A stretch of 64,000 nucleotides of DNA from an uncultured Varibaculum sp. (lineage in GTDB: Bacteria; Actinomycetota; Actinomycetes; Actinomycetales; Actinomycetaceae): assembly GCF_902489465.1 (NCBI RefSeq), contig NZ_CABTZZ010000003.1:12108-76107 (forward strand), given 5' to 3'. Under the pieces are notes generated by a model, which saw only the letters and a program-made list of their open reading frames with translations, did no database searches and was not told the DNA's origin. Positions 33,343 to 42,630 of this stretch are shown piece by piece. Every line of letters starts with the position of its first letter. The first letter of the stretch is position 1. The translations under genes were made by a program, and so were the position numbers.

Positions 33343-33957
33343 GTGACTTCTAGTTTGATTATTTCGACCCTCGTGCAAGCGCTAGTGCTATTTGTAGCCA
33401 CCAATATTGACCACTTGGCGTTACTAACTTTGTGGTTTGTTCACGGACAGAATCGGCCGGGAACTACGGCGCGCATCTGCGCCGGTCAATATGTAGGTTT
33501 CGGGGTAATCCTGGCAGTCACCATAGTCTTAAGCGCAATTTCTGGTTTGGTAATCCCGCAGGAGTACCTGCGGTTTCTGGGGCTGATACCCCTGGCACTG
33601 GGAGTTAAAGCGGCAATCAGCGAAATCCGGGAGCGGGTTGGGTCTAGGGACTTCGAGGACGAGGACGAGGCACAACTAAAGGGAAAAAAGGTCAGCGTAG
33701 GCGCAGTTGCTCTGGTGACTATGGCTAATGGGGGCGATGAAGTAGCCGCCTATCTACCAGTTTTTGCCCTTTCCACCTGGTGGCAAATCGCCCTGTTTAG
33801 CGCAGTGTTCTTAGTGCTTGCCGGCGTGCTGCTTGCTCTTGCCCGTTTCATCACTGGACGTATGGGGCTTGCTGAGCTCTTGGAACGTTTTGAAGCGATT
33901 ATTTTCCCCAGCGTACTTATCCTGCTAGGAGTGCTGATCCTCGCCGATTTACTCTAG
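33343..33957 (+). CDS. CadD-family (cadmium-resistance-type) membrane transporter
   Basis: This is the C-terminal 204 aa of track ORF 33115..33957. The first 76 codons are antisense to the ACT gene and were discarded. VLFVATNIDHLALLTLWF resembles the CadD N-terminus. The start (GTG 33343 or TTG 33355) is uncertain. Confidence 0.6.
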   Translation: MTSSLIISTLVQALVLFVATNIDHLALLTLWFVHGQNRPGTTARICAGQYVGFGVILAVTIVLSAISGLVIPQEYLRFLGLIPLALGVKAAISEIRERVGSRDFEDEDEAQLKGKKVSVGAVALVTMANGGDEVAAYLPVFALSTWWQIALFSAVFLVLAGVLLALARFITGRMGLAELLERFEAIIFPSVLILLGVLILADLL

Positions 33958-34023
33958 GTTGGTTGACTAGCTGTGGGAGATAGCAAACACGAGCCGCAGT
34001 CAGGAAAGATATGCTTGCTAACA

Positions 34024-34129
34024 GCGTGGGAGTAGATTTTTCCTCCCGCCCAAGAATTTGGAAAACATAGCGACGTTTTCCAAATTCTTATGCCCACCGC
34101 GCCTGCTCGGATAAAATCTACTCCCGCGC
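34024..34129 (+). repeat. Structured intergenic repeat, copy A (nested double hairpin)
   Basis: The outer stem is GGGAGTAGATTTT/AAAATCTACTCCC and the inner stem is a perfect 15-bp AAGAATTTGGAAAAC/GTTTTCCAAATTCTT. It is near-identical to the copies at 60073-60179 and (inverted) 62623-62732, and it lies between convergent genes. Confidence 0.85.
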
Positions 34130-34149
34130 TGCCATAACGCCGATTTACT

Positions 34150-35298
34150 CTAGACACGGCGCTGCAGGCGAGTAAGTATCGCCGCGCCGATCCATAAGGC
34201 CAGTGCATAACCTACTTGCACCCCGATGTTCTCCCAGAACTGGGAGGCGGCAGCGCCGCTAAAGCTGGTCATTTCCGCTAACGCATTGTTGTTGTCGATG
34301 TAGTAAAAGGTGGGTAGCGCCCTCCCGATGGCGACTACCGCATCGGGCATTAGATCCCGGGGAATAAACGCCCCACATAGGAAAGCACTGGCCAGCGCCA
34401 CCACATTCACAATGGCGCTGAGGGCTTCCTTGTTATTGGTAATTTTTGCCATTAAGAAGCCTAAGGCTAGTACCGGCAGCCCAAAAGCCACAATGTTAAG
34501 CGCATAGAGTCCCTGTCGTCCGGTATCGGCGATGCCGGGCAACAGCAGTCGCACTAAGAGCACATTGAGTGCCACGAGGAACGCTACGATTAGGGCGCAG
34601 CCGGCTATTAGGCTTAGGTCAATCCGGAAGGGATGTGCGGGGGAAACCAGGGTACGTTTACGTACGTTTATTACCGAAAAGGCCGCTAGCACCATGGTGA
34701 TTACATAAGTGGCGCCGGCCATGAGGGTGTAGCTGCCAAAGTTGTACAGGGCGGTCACATTGTGTAGTGTTTTTTGATCTAAATGGGAAGTGAGACTGAC
34801 TTTACTATCCAGTTTCAGGCTAGAGTTTACCGCTTTGACCAGCTCGTCCTCATCCGTTAAATATTGCCCATATCCGGTAGCCAGCCGCAGGAAACGACTT
34901 ACTAATACGTCGGCCGAGGCGCTCTCGGAGCTGGCGCGAGATTTTACGTCTACCACCGGTTTTTCACCTTTCAGGATGGTGGTGGTGAAGTCGTGGGGCA
35001 GGTAAACGACGTAGGACAAAGTTTGGTAATAGAGGGCGTCGTCGATTTCGCGTTCGCTAGTGCCGGTGTCTGCTTTCTTGGTTTGTCCGGCCAAGTAGGA
35101 GTTAAAAGACCGGGTGAGGGCAGTATCGTTGCCGCGGTTGATAACTAAAACTGTAGGTTTGGAAGCGGTGAAATCACCGGAGGAGCCAGGGCTGGTGTGG
35201 AAAGCAGTCAGTCCCATAACCACCATGATGGTGGTAAAGAGAATAACGAAAGCAATATTGCGCAGCAGTACCTGCAGGAAACCTTTAAAGACTGTCAT
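34150..35298 (-). CDS. ABC-2 type transporter permease
   Basis: 382-aa ORF with an N-terminal TM, a large extracytoplasmic loop and a C-terminal 5-TM bundle. It is the last gene of the ATPase-permease-permease operon. Confidence 0.75.
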   Translation of the reverse strand: MTVFKGFLQVLLRNIAFVILFTTIMVVMGLTAFHTSPGSSGDFTASKPTVLVINRGNDTALTRSFNSYLAGQTKKADTGTSEREIDDALYYQTLSYVVYLPHDFTTTILKGEKPVVDVKSRASSESASADVLVSRFLRLATGYGQYLTDEDELVKAVNSSLKLDSKVSLTSHLDQKTLHNVTALYNFGSYTLMAGATYVITMVLAAFSVINVRKRTLVSPAHPFRIDLSLIAGCALIVAFLVALNVLLVRLLLPGIADTGRQGLYALNIVAFGLPVLALGFLMAKITNNKEALSAIVNVVALASAFLCGAFIPRDLMPDAVVAIGRALPTFYYIDNNNALAEMTSFSGAAASQFWENIGVQVGYALALWIGAAILTRLQRRV

Positions 35299-36544
35299 AG
35301 CGTTGCTTCCTTAGGACGAACAGGGAGGCACCCAGGAGCACTGCCGAAATAATCAGCAGCAAGGTGACGTCTTGCCAAAAACCATCGAACCCGGGGTGAT
35401 AGTAGAGGTTATAGAAACCGTCCGTGATTAGGGCAGTGGGATTTAGTTTATTTACCAGGGGCGCTTTTTGGTCTACTACGTAGCGCATGGTTCCGCCCAT
35501 CATGCCGGCCAGTACTGCCCCCAACATGGTGACTGAAATCAAGACTCCAATTTTCATGTTTTCCCCGCCGGGCACGAGTGCGGAAATCGCTACCCCGAAG
35601 GACAATCCGACCAGGGCTCCAAGGGAAGTTAGCAGGAAGGTTAATGCCCAATTGGGGCCAAAATCGATATTGAACAGGACGTGGCACACTGCCACCAGTA
35701 AAATCAGGCCCACCAATTGCAGTAGGTAACTGGAAATAATCCCGGAAATAATCAGTTTGGCTTTGCTGGTCGGTGCCACCGCTACTCGTCTGCCGATTAC
35801 CCCCAGGGGTGGCTGGGCATTATTCATCACTGTCATGGAGAACATCCCCCCATACAGGGCAGCCATAGCTAGCAGCGAGAAGAACTCTGCCATCAGCAAG
35901 TCCATAGATTTGGGGCTGCGGTCACGCAAAGTAAAGTCGCTTTTAGCGAGTCGGTCTTGGACCGAGGCCGCTACCTGGGAAGGATCAAAGGCAGGAGGCT
36001 GGCCGGGCGGAATGTTTTGAAAGTCAGGCGGAGAGTGAGCGCGAACGTTTGCCGCTATCTCTCGCTGCGTCAGTTGGCTGATCATATCGGTGCGTTGGGT
36101 GATTTCGTCAAGAATTGTTTTTAAGATGGTTTGTTCCATCCCGTTGGAAGCCAGAGTCAAATGAGCTTTGGCATCCCTGCTGATAGCTGCCTGCGAGGTT
36201 CCGGTAATCTCGACTATTCCGGAAACTTCCTCGTCCTCTAAAAGCCTTTTTCCTTCCTCTAAGGTCGTGACCATTCGCAGTTTCAACAGGGGTTGGTTTT
36301 CCGAGCTGACGGGGGAGGAGTCCTTCTTGCTTAAATCATCGAAAGCGATTTTGAAGGTGCTGTCTTGGTAGACCTGGGAGTTTACTACCGCTACCGGGAC
36401 GGTATCGAAGGCTTCTTTATTGACAATGTCGCCGAGTGCCCCTTTGAACAGCAAGCCCAGCAGGATGGGAAAGGCGAGCGTCCAAAAAACCAAGGTGCGG
36501 TTGGAAAGCAGTAGCTTTAGGTTGTATCCGATTAGGTGCCCCAT
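35285..36544 (-). CDS. ABC-2 type transporter permease
   Basis: 419-aa ORF with the same topology as its paralogous neighbour. It overlaps the downstream gene by 14 nt. Confidence 0.75.
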   Translation of the reverse strand: MGHLIGYNLKLLLSNRTLVFWTLAFPILLGLLFKGALGDIVNKEAFDTVPVAVVNSQVYQDSTFKIAFDDLSKKDSSPVSSENQPLLKLRMVTTLEEGKRLLEDEEVSGIVEITGTSQAAISRDAKAHLTLASNGMEQTILKTILDEITQRTDMISQLTQREIAANVRAHSPPDFQNIPPGQPPAFDPSQVAASVQDRLAKSDFTLRDRSPKSMDLLMAEFFSLLAMAALYGGMFSMTVMNNAQPPLGVIGRRVAVAPTSKAKLIISGIISSYLLQLVGLILLVAVCHVLFNIDFGPNWALTFLLTSLGALVGLSFGVAISALVPGGENMKIGVLISVTMLGAVLAGMMGGTMRYVVDQKAPLVNKLNPTALITDGFYNLYYHPGFDGFWQDVTLLLIISAVLLGASLFVLRKQRYDSL

Positions 36545-36546
36545 AG

Positions 36547-37485
36547 CTAGTCTCGCAATTCCTTGCCGGTTAGCTGCAAGAAAACGTCATTTAGGGTGGG
36601 ACGCTCCGAGTAAATCGACTCATAAGCTATGCCGGCCTGGCTCAACTGGGCGATGAGAGTGGAAACGTGGTTTTGTCCGTGCCGGTAAACTAGCTGGAAT
36701 GTGCGATTTCTGGTGGTAACTGACTCAATTTGGGGATCGGATTCCAGCTTTTCTTTAAGTTCTGGAGGCAGCTCCACCCCCTGCAAAGTAACTTTTTCTT
36801 CGATATCAGATAGCTGTTTCAGCTCATTAATGGTGCCTTGCGCGATGATTTCACCCTTGTCAAGAATGATGATTCGGTCGCAAATCTGCTCTACTTCTTC
36901 CATATAGTGAGTGGTGTAAACCACCGTGGCTCCGCGGTCACGCAAAGTGACGATACCGTCCAGGATATTGTTGCGGCTTTGGGGATCGACTGCCACGGTC
37001 GGCTCATCCAGGAAAATCAGCTCCGGTTGATGGGCGATACCGCACACTAGGTTTAAGCGGCGCAACAGGCCTCCGGAGAGCTGCTTAGGGCGAAACTTTA
37101 AATAGTCTTGCAGTCCCGCCAACTGAACCGCCTCTGCAATCATCGCGGAGCGTTTACGCTTGTCCGCCAGGTACAGTCCACAAAAATATTCCAGGTTTTG
37201 CGCCACGGTTAGCTCATTGAATACGGCTATGTCCTGGAATACCACCCCTAGACGCCGTTTAATGTCGAAGGCATCGGGGCGCATTTCTTGTCCGAAGATT
37301 TTCACGCTCCCGCTGGTGAAACGTAGCAGGGAGAGGATGCAGTTGATAGCAGTGGATTTTCCGGATCCGTTAGGCCCTAGCAGCCCCAAGATTTCGCCCT
37401 GACGAACTTGAAAAGTCAACTTATTGAGGGCGCGTAACTGCTGGTAATCTTTGGTTAGACCCTCTACTTCAATAATGTTGGTCAC
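36547..37485 (-). CDS. ABC transporter ATP-binding protein
   Basis: Walker A GPNGSGKST, signature LSGGLLRRL and Walker B LIFLDEPT. Confidence 0.9.
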   Translation of the reverse strand: MTNIIEVEGLTKDYQQLRALNKLTFQVRQGEILGLLGPNGSGKSTAINCILSLLRFTSGSVKIFGQEMRPDAFDIKRRLGVVFQDIAVFNELTVAQNLEYFCGLYLADKRKRSAMIAEAVQLAGLQDYLKFRPKQLSGGLLRRLNLVCGIAHQPELIFLDEPTVAVDPQSRNNILDGIVTLRDRGATVVYTTHYMEEVEQICDRIIILDKGEIIAQGTINELKQLSDIEEKVTLQGVELPPELKEKLESDPQIESVTTRNRTFQLVYRHGQNHVSTLIAQLSQAGIAYESIYSERPTLNDVFLQLTGKELRD

Positions 37486-37707
37486 GACGGTTCTCGCGTT
37501 CTAGGGGTAGTTATTTTTAAGGCAATTCTAGTTTAGCGAAGCTAATCAGCGGTACCCCCCAACCGTGGCGACGTTAATCGAGAATTAACCGAGAGTTATT
37601 GCAGATTTTAAACGCCGCCACGGCTGAGGGTAGGAAGTTATTTTCGTTCAAAAATTTTCGAGTCGGTTAAACTGGCTGAGAAAACTCCTAGGAAAGCAGG
37701 TGCGGTT

Positions 37708-38193
37708 ATGGGCAAGAAGCATGTGAAAACTAACGCCCTGCGCATCCTCGAAAATGCGGGAATCGCTGCGCAAATGACGCAGGTTTCTTCCAAAGGGGAG
37801 TTTTTAGATGCTCTTACGATTGCGCAGGAGCTAGGGGTAGATGCGAATTTAGTTTTTAAAACTCTAGTTCTAGAGGGCGGACCTGGGGAGCATTTTGTGG
37901 CGGTAGTGCCCGCTACTCACGAGTTAGATTTGAAAGCTGCCGCCAAGTGTTTTGGGGTAAAACACCTGGCAATGTTGCCTTTGAAAAAGCTAACTCCGCT
38001 CACCGGTTATTTAAAAGGAGCGTGTTCGCCCTTGGGAATGAAGAAAGATTTCCCCACGGTGATCGACCAATCCGCTTTTGAGCAAGAAAAAATTTACGTA
38101 TCTGCGGGTAAACGCGGTTACCAGATTCTAGTTGCGGCCACAGATCTGCAAAGGGTGATACCGGCGAAGCAGGGAGATATTTCTCGACCTTAA
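37708..38193 (+). CDS. ybaK: Cys-tRNA(Pro)/Cys-tRNA(Cys) deacylase
   Basis: 161-aa ORF that is collinear with E. coli YbaK (KTNALRILE..., LKGACSPLGMKK, IYVSAGKRG). Confidence 0.85.
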   Translation: MGKKHVKTNALRILENAGIAAQMTQVSSKGEFLDALTIAQELGVDANLVFKTLVLEGGPGEHFVAVVPATHELDLKAAAKCFGVKHLAMLPLKKLTPLTGYLKGACSPLGMKKDFPTVIDQSAFEQEKIYVSAGKRGYQILVAATDLQRVIPAKQGDISRP

Positions 38194-38258
38194 AAAGCTA
38201 GCCCCCACTAAAGTGAGAGTACTGTCAAACGGTTTTTGTCTTCTAAAAAAACCGAGTA

Positions 38259-38280
38259 AAGTTTCGGGTATACGAAACTT
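38259..38280. promoter_or_regulatory. Candidate operator: 8-6-8 inverted repeat upstream of mntH
   Basis: AAGTTTCG-GGTATA-CGAAACTT lies about 90 nt upstream of the mntH start. Assigning it to a metalloregulator is inference only. Confidence 0.25.
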
Positions 38281-38371
38281 ACATAAGGGGCACCCGAAAC
38301 CCGGCTAAAGGAAAGTGGGGGGCTGCTTAGATGAGGCAGTTTTTGCGAGTTAGAAAGGTGAATCTGCGCAG

Positions 38372-39637
38372 ATGGAAAAGGAAATCGTCCCAGATTCTCA
38401 ACCTGCTCCCGATGGGAAGGTGGCTGCCAAGAAAGGTTTGCTCCCGCTCCTGGGGCCGGCGTTCGTAGCGGCAGTTGCCTACGTTGATCCCGGGAATGTC
38501 GCCGCCAATATCACTGCTGGTGCCCGCTATGGCTATCTGCTGGTGTGGGTATTAGTGCTGGCCAATTTGATGGCAGTGATCATTCAATATCAAAGCGCCA
38601 AACTAGGGTTAGTGACTGGGAAATCTTTACCGGAGATCTTGGGGGATCGGCTGCCCAAAGGCAAACGCATCACATTTTGGATTCAAGCTGAGATTATCGC
38701 GGCCGCTACCGACCTGGCGGAGATCGTGGGGGGCGCGATTGCGTTGCAGCTACTGTTTGGGCTGCCACTGTTGGCAGGGGGCTTTATCGTAGGCTGTGTA
38801 TCGTTAGCACTGCTAGTTTTCCAGAATGAACGCCGACAAAAACAGTTCGAAACTATAGTGATCGGACTGCTAGTGATCATCACCGTAGGCTTCTTGTCGG
38901 GGCTGGTGATTAGCCCGCCTGATCCCGCGGGAATGCTGGGGGGATTGCTACCCCGTTTTGCCGGTACCGACACCGTGCTGATCGCTGCCTCCATGCTGGG
39001 AGCAACCGTGATGCCTCACGCTATCTACCTGCATTCTTCGCTGGTGAACCACCGTTTCCCGGAGCGAGGTTCTCGCGATATTCCGCACCTGTTACGCGCC
39101 TCCAAACATGATGTGGTCTATGCGCTATTTGTCGCGGGAGCCGTCAATATTGCACTTTTATTGCTGGCCGCGTCGGCGCTAGCGGGAAAGAGTGGCACCG
39201 ACACTATCGAGGGCGCACATGGCGCTATCGAAAATGCCTTGGGCAGTGGAATCGGCGTAATTTTTGCGATTGGCCTGCTAGCTTCCGGATTAGCCTCTAC
39301 TTCGGTTGGAGCCTATGCGGGTTCGGAAATCATGGGCGGGCTGCTGCATGTGCGGGTACCGCTTTTCCTGCGCCGGCTAATCACCCTGATTCCCGCGCTG
39401 CTGATTCTGTGGCTCTACCCCAACCCCACCTGGGCTTTAGTTGTTTCCCAGGTAGCGTTATCTTTCGGTATTCCCCTAGCGGTAGTACCGCTCGCAGCCT
39501 ATACCCGCAAGAAAGAACTAATGGGCAGCTACACCGATAACCGGGCAATGCGTTGGACAATGTGCGCCATTGCGGGCTTGATAATCGCCTTGAACCTGCT
39601 GCTAGTGGTGCTTACTTTCATGGGAGTTGACGTATAA
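38372..39637 (+). CDS. mntH: NRAMP-family divalent metal (Mn2+/Fe2+):H+ symporter
   Basis: 421-aa ORF with the DPGN motif (AYVDPGNVAANI) and about 11 TM helices. Confidence 0.9.
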   Translation: MEKEIVPDSQPAPDGKVAAKKGLLPLLGPAFVAAVAYVDPGNVAANITAGARYGYLLVWVLVLANLMAVIIQYQSAKLGLVTGKSLPEILGDRLPKGKRITFWIQAEIIAAATDLAEIVGGAIALQLLFGLPLLAGGFIVGCVSLALLVFQNERRQKQFETIVIGLLVIITVGFLSGLVISPPDPAGMLGGLLPRFAGTDTVLIAASMLGATVMPHAIYLHSSLVNHRFPERGSRDIPHLLRASKHDVVYALFVAGAVNIALLLLAASALAGKSGTDTIEGAHGAIENALGSGIGVIFAIGLLASGLASTSVGAYAGSEIMGGLLHVRVPLFLRRLITLIPALLILWLYPNPTWALVVSQVALSFGIPLAVVPLAAYTRKKELMGSYTDNRAMRWTMCAIAGLIIALNLLLVVLTFMGVDV

Positions 39638-39731
39638 ACCGCTGTCCGCAAAGAGCTAGGTTGTCCCTGGAAAGTAGCCTGCGTCCTCGTAAATGGTTTT
39701 GGAATCCGGGAGATTAGATCCAAAAGCATTA

Positions 39732-39774
39732 AGGGTGCGTCCTCGAGAACTAAGCATTCTTGAGGACGCACCCT
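39732..39774. terminator. Bidirectional hairpin between convergent mntH and glgB
   Basis: 13-bp GC-rich stem AGGGTGCGTCCTC/GAGGACGCACCCT with a 17-nt loop. Confidence 0.7.
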
Positions 39775-39805
39775 ATTAAGCCATTAAACTGGCTGAGCTA
39801 TTGAT

Positions 39806-41989
39806 CTAGTCTTCTTTAGGACGCAACCAGAGGCAACCCAAGGGAGGTACCCTGAGCTCTACCGAGTAGGGGCGGCCATTCCACTCCATATCTTCGGCAG
39901 TTACCTGACCTAAGTTAGTAACCCCCGAGCCGCCATACTTGGCGTCATCGGTGTTAATAATTTCTTCCCACTCCCCACCGTCGGGTAGTCCTACCCGGTA
40001 GCCTTCGTGGGGATTACCCGCAAAGTTACAGATACACACCATCTTGTGTTCGTGTCCCCGATCATCACGGGACTTGCGCACATAAGAGATCACGTTATGA
40101 TCCGAATCATTGGATTCAATCCATTCAAACCCGGTGTGTTCGTCATCCCACAATGCCGGTTCGCTAGTGTAGATCTGGTTCAAGTCCCGCACTAGTGCCC
40201 GTACTCCCTGGTTGCGCTCGTCATCTAGCAGGAACCAATCCAGGGAGCGGTTGGCATCCCACTCGGCGCCCTGGGCGAACTCGCCTCCCATGAACAACAA
40301 TTGCTTACCCGGGTGTGACCATTGATAGGCGTAGAGGGAACGCACTCCCGCTAATTGGCGCCAGTAGTCACCTGGCTGCTTAGCGAGTATAGAGCCCTTG
40401 CCGTAGACAACTTCATCGTGGGAGAGCGGCAAAATATAGTGCTCCGAGAACGCATACACCAGGGAGAACGTAAGTTCGCCGTGGTGCCAAGATCGGTTGA
40501 CTGGGTCTTCACGCAGGTAACGCAAGGTATCGTTCATCCAACCCATATTCCACTTCAAACCAAAGCCCAAGCCGCCGGCATCGGTAGGAGCAGTTACCCC
40601 TGGCCAGGCCGTAGACTCTTCTGCAATCATGCAGATGCCCGGATACAGGCGGTAGCAGGTGGCGTTGGCTTCCTGTAGGAAAGAAATCGCTTCCAGGTTT
40701 TCCCGTCCGCCATATTGGTTGGGATGCCACTGGCCTTCCTCGCGGGAATAATCCAGGTAAAGCATGGAAGCGACCGCATCGACCCGCAAACCATCAATAT
40801 GGAACTCATCCAACCAGTACAGGGCGTTGGCCACCAGGAAGTTTCGTACCTCGTTGCGACCAAAGTTGAAAATCAAGGTTCCCCAATCGGGCTGTTCGCC
40901 GCGGGTAGGATCCGGATGCTCATAGAGTTTGGTGCCATCAAAGTCGGCGAGCGCAAACTGGTCTTTGGGGAAATGGCCGGGAACCCAGTCCAGGATGACC
41001 CCGATTCCCGCCTGGTGCAGTTTATCTACCAGGTAGCGGAAATCGTCGGGAGTGCCATAGCGGGAAGAGGGCGCGTAATATCCGCTCTGTTGGTAACCCC
41101 AGGAACCATAGAAGGGATGCTCGGAAACTGGCATCATCTCTACGTGGGTAAAGCCCATATCTTTAACATAGGTAACCAGATCGTCAGCCAAATCCCGATA
41201 GTGGGTGTCATAAGACCAGGACCCGATATGCATCTCATAGACCGACATAGGGGAGGTATGGGGATCGGTTTTTGCCCGCTTGTCCATCCACTCTTGGTCT
41301 TCCCACTGGTGGTGTTTATCGGTTACTACCGAGGCCGTCAAGGGAGGAATCTCGCAGGCGCGAGCCATCGGGTCGGCTTTTTGTTGCCAGGTGCCGTCTG
41401 GTCTTAAAATTTCGAACTTGTAGCGAGCCCCAATTTCGACGTCCGGGATAAACAATTCCCAGATCCCCGAGGAACCGAGGGAACGCATCGAGGAGGTCTC
41501 CCCATCCCAATAGTTAAAGTCGCCCACTACCCGCACTGCTTGGGCGTTCGGCGCCCACACCGCAAAGGAGGCTCCTTTAGTTTGCCCCATTTCCGTGTCG
41601 TAGGTGCGCAGGTGAGCTCCCAACACTTCCCAAAGTCGCTCGTGACGCCCCTCAGCAATCAGATAAAGGTCAAATTCGCCAACGGTGGGCAGGTAACGGT
41701 AACCGTCATCTAGCTCTGTGGTTTCTTCCCCATAGGTGGTGCGCACCCGGTAATCGGGGATTTCGGTGCCCTCAAGTACTGCCACCCAAATGCCATCTTG
41801 CTCATGGGTTGCCGGGAAAGTGCCTTTGGGGGTGATAATCTCTACGGCATCTGCCAGGTGGGCAACGGTGCGGATAGTTACGGAATCGTCCCCCACGTGG
41901 GTGCCTAGCACTGAATGCGGGTCAAAATATCGTCCGTGGGCGACATTAGCTAGGACGTCTGGATCTACAGCTACAGGTTTTGCGTTCAT
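39806..41989 (-). CDS. glgB: 1,4-alpha-glucan branching enzyme
   Basis: 727-aa ORF with GH13 motifs (GVILDWVPGHF, GLRVDAVASMLY, MIAEESTAWP, LSHDEVV). Confidence 0.95.
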   Translation of the reverse strand: MNAKPVAVDPDVLANVAHGRYFDPHSVLGTHVGDDSVTIRTVAHLADAVEIITPKGTFPATHEQDGIWVAVLEGTEIPDYRVRTTYGEETTELDDGYRYLPTVGEFDLYLIAEGRHERLWEVLGAHLRTYDTEMGQTKGASFAVWAPNAQAVRVVGDFNYWDGETSSMRSLGSSGIWELFIPDVEIGARYKFEILRPDGTWQQKADPMARACEIPPLTASVVTDKHHQWEDQEWMDKRAKTDPHTSPMSVYEMHIGSWSYDTHYRDLADDLVTYVKDMGFTHVEMMPVSEHPFYGSWGYQQSGYYAPSSRYGTPDDFRYLVDKLHQAGIGVILDWVPGHFPKDQFALADFDGTKLYEHPDPTRGEQPDWGTLIFNFGRNEVRNFLVANALYWLDEFHIDGLRVDAVASMLYLDYSREEGQWHPNQYGGRENLEAISFLQEANATCYRLYPGICMIAEESTAWPGVTAPTDAGGLGFGLKWNMGWMNDTLRYLREDPVNRSWHHGELTFSLVYAFSEHYILPLSHDEVVYGKGSILAKQPGDYWRQLAGVRSLYAYQWSHPGKQLLFMGGEFAQGAEWDANRSLDWFLLDDERNQGVRALVRDLNQIYTSEPALWDDEHTGFEWIESNDSDHNVISYVRKSRDDRGHEHKMVCICNFAGNPHEGYRVGLPDGGEWEEIINTDDAKYGGSGVTNLGQVTAEDMEWNGRPYSVELRVPPLGCLWLRPKED

Positions 41990-42107
41990 GCCTCTAGCGT
42001 GTCACGAATCGCCCAATAATTCTTTGGAATAACCCCCCGATTTCCAAATTTTTTCCACCCCGAGTTCCAACAGCGTGCATTGCTTAATATCATCTGGTTC
42101 TATTATT

Positions 42108-42630
42108 CGGGGCTGGCTCGGTAAAAGCACTCCGGGGGCCCGGTGAGCCTCGCAGGGGCTCGGCTCAAGCCCCGTTCGTATCTTTTACCGGCCGCGCCCC
42201 TAGTCGCACCGGGTTGCCCTCTCAGCGCGGGGACTGTCCGCGTACAGAGGCGGATTTTACCGCCCGCCCCGAAATCCGGAAAACGCTCTGGCATTTTCAC
42301 GGATTTAACGCCTTAAGAATTACAGAACTCTAGACTTCTCACCTGGTACCCGACTATAAAGGCATCTTGGTGGCTAGGAGTGTCTACCCTACGGCATAAA
42401 TCCGCCCCTGCACGCTCATTGCGTACCTTACGGGAATCTGGCAAAACTGTACCCCTTGCGTGGGGGCGAAGTTTTATCCGAGCAGGCTAGGAGAGTACCT
42501 GGCGGTTCTTGTTCCCACTGAGATGTTCACGCAAGTGATACCAGCCTGCCCGCACACCGGACTAGCCTAGGCAGGAGGAAAAACTTCTCCCCCGCGCTAA
42601 ACCCGGAGTGCTTTTACCGAGCCAGCCCCG
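42108..42630. mobile_element. ORF-less 523-bp element with perfect 29-bp terminal inverted repeats (MITE-like), carrying nested members of the small repeat family
   Basis: The left TIR CGGGGCTGGCTCGGTAAAAGCACTCCGGG (42108-42136) is the exact reverse complement of 42602-42630. TIR-like subterminal repeats occur at ~42181 (TCTTTTACCGGCCGCGCCCC) and ~42253 (GATTTTACCGCCCGCCCC). I saw no target-site duplication. Confidence 0.45.
42458..42597 (-). repeat. Structured repeat family, variant copy D (same termini, different 83-bp core)
   Basis: GCGTGGGGGCGAAGTTTTATCCGAGCAGGC ... GGCAGGAGGAAAAACTTCTCCCCCGCGC. The arms match copies A-C, and the AG/CT swap in the outer stem is compensated. Confidence 0.6.

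Noticed and set aside
37667-37680. Exact 14-nt match TTAAACTGGCTGAG shared with 39784-39797
   Set aside because: Roughly 4e9 pairwise positions over both strands against 2.7e8 possible 14-mers means several such matches are expected by chance. No flanking similarity was seen.
40715-41407. Long antisense or alternative-frame ORFs inside real genes. Examples are 40715-41407 in glgB, 30395-31189 in the DivIVA gene, 28880-29461, 6604-7245, 51194-51826, 57540-58040, 43310-43777 and 19540-20019.
   Set aside because: Each is fully embedded opposite to or out of frame with a gene that has clear homology. They have Arg/Ser/Gly/Pro-rich composition with no motifs, as expected for stop-poor frames of GC-biased DNA.
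42103-42300. 65-aa ORF inside the repeat-dense spacer upstream of glgB
   Set aside because: It is Arg/Gly/Pro-rich, has no RBS, and overlaps the TIR and subterminal repeats. It is best explained as non-coding repeat sequence.
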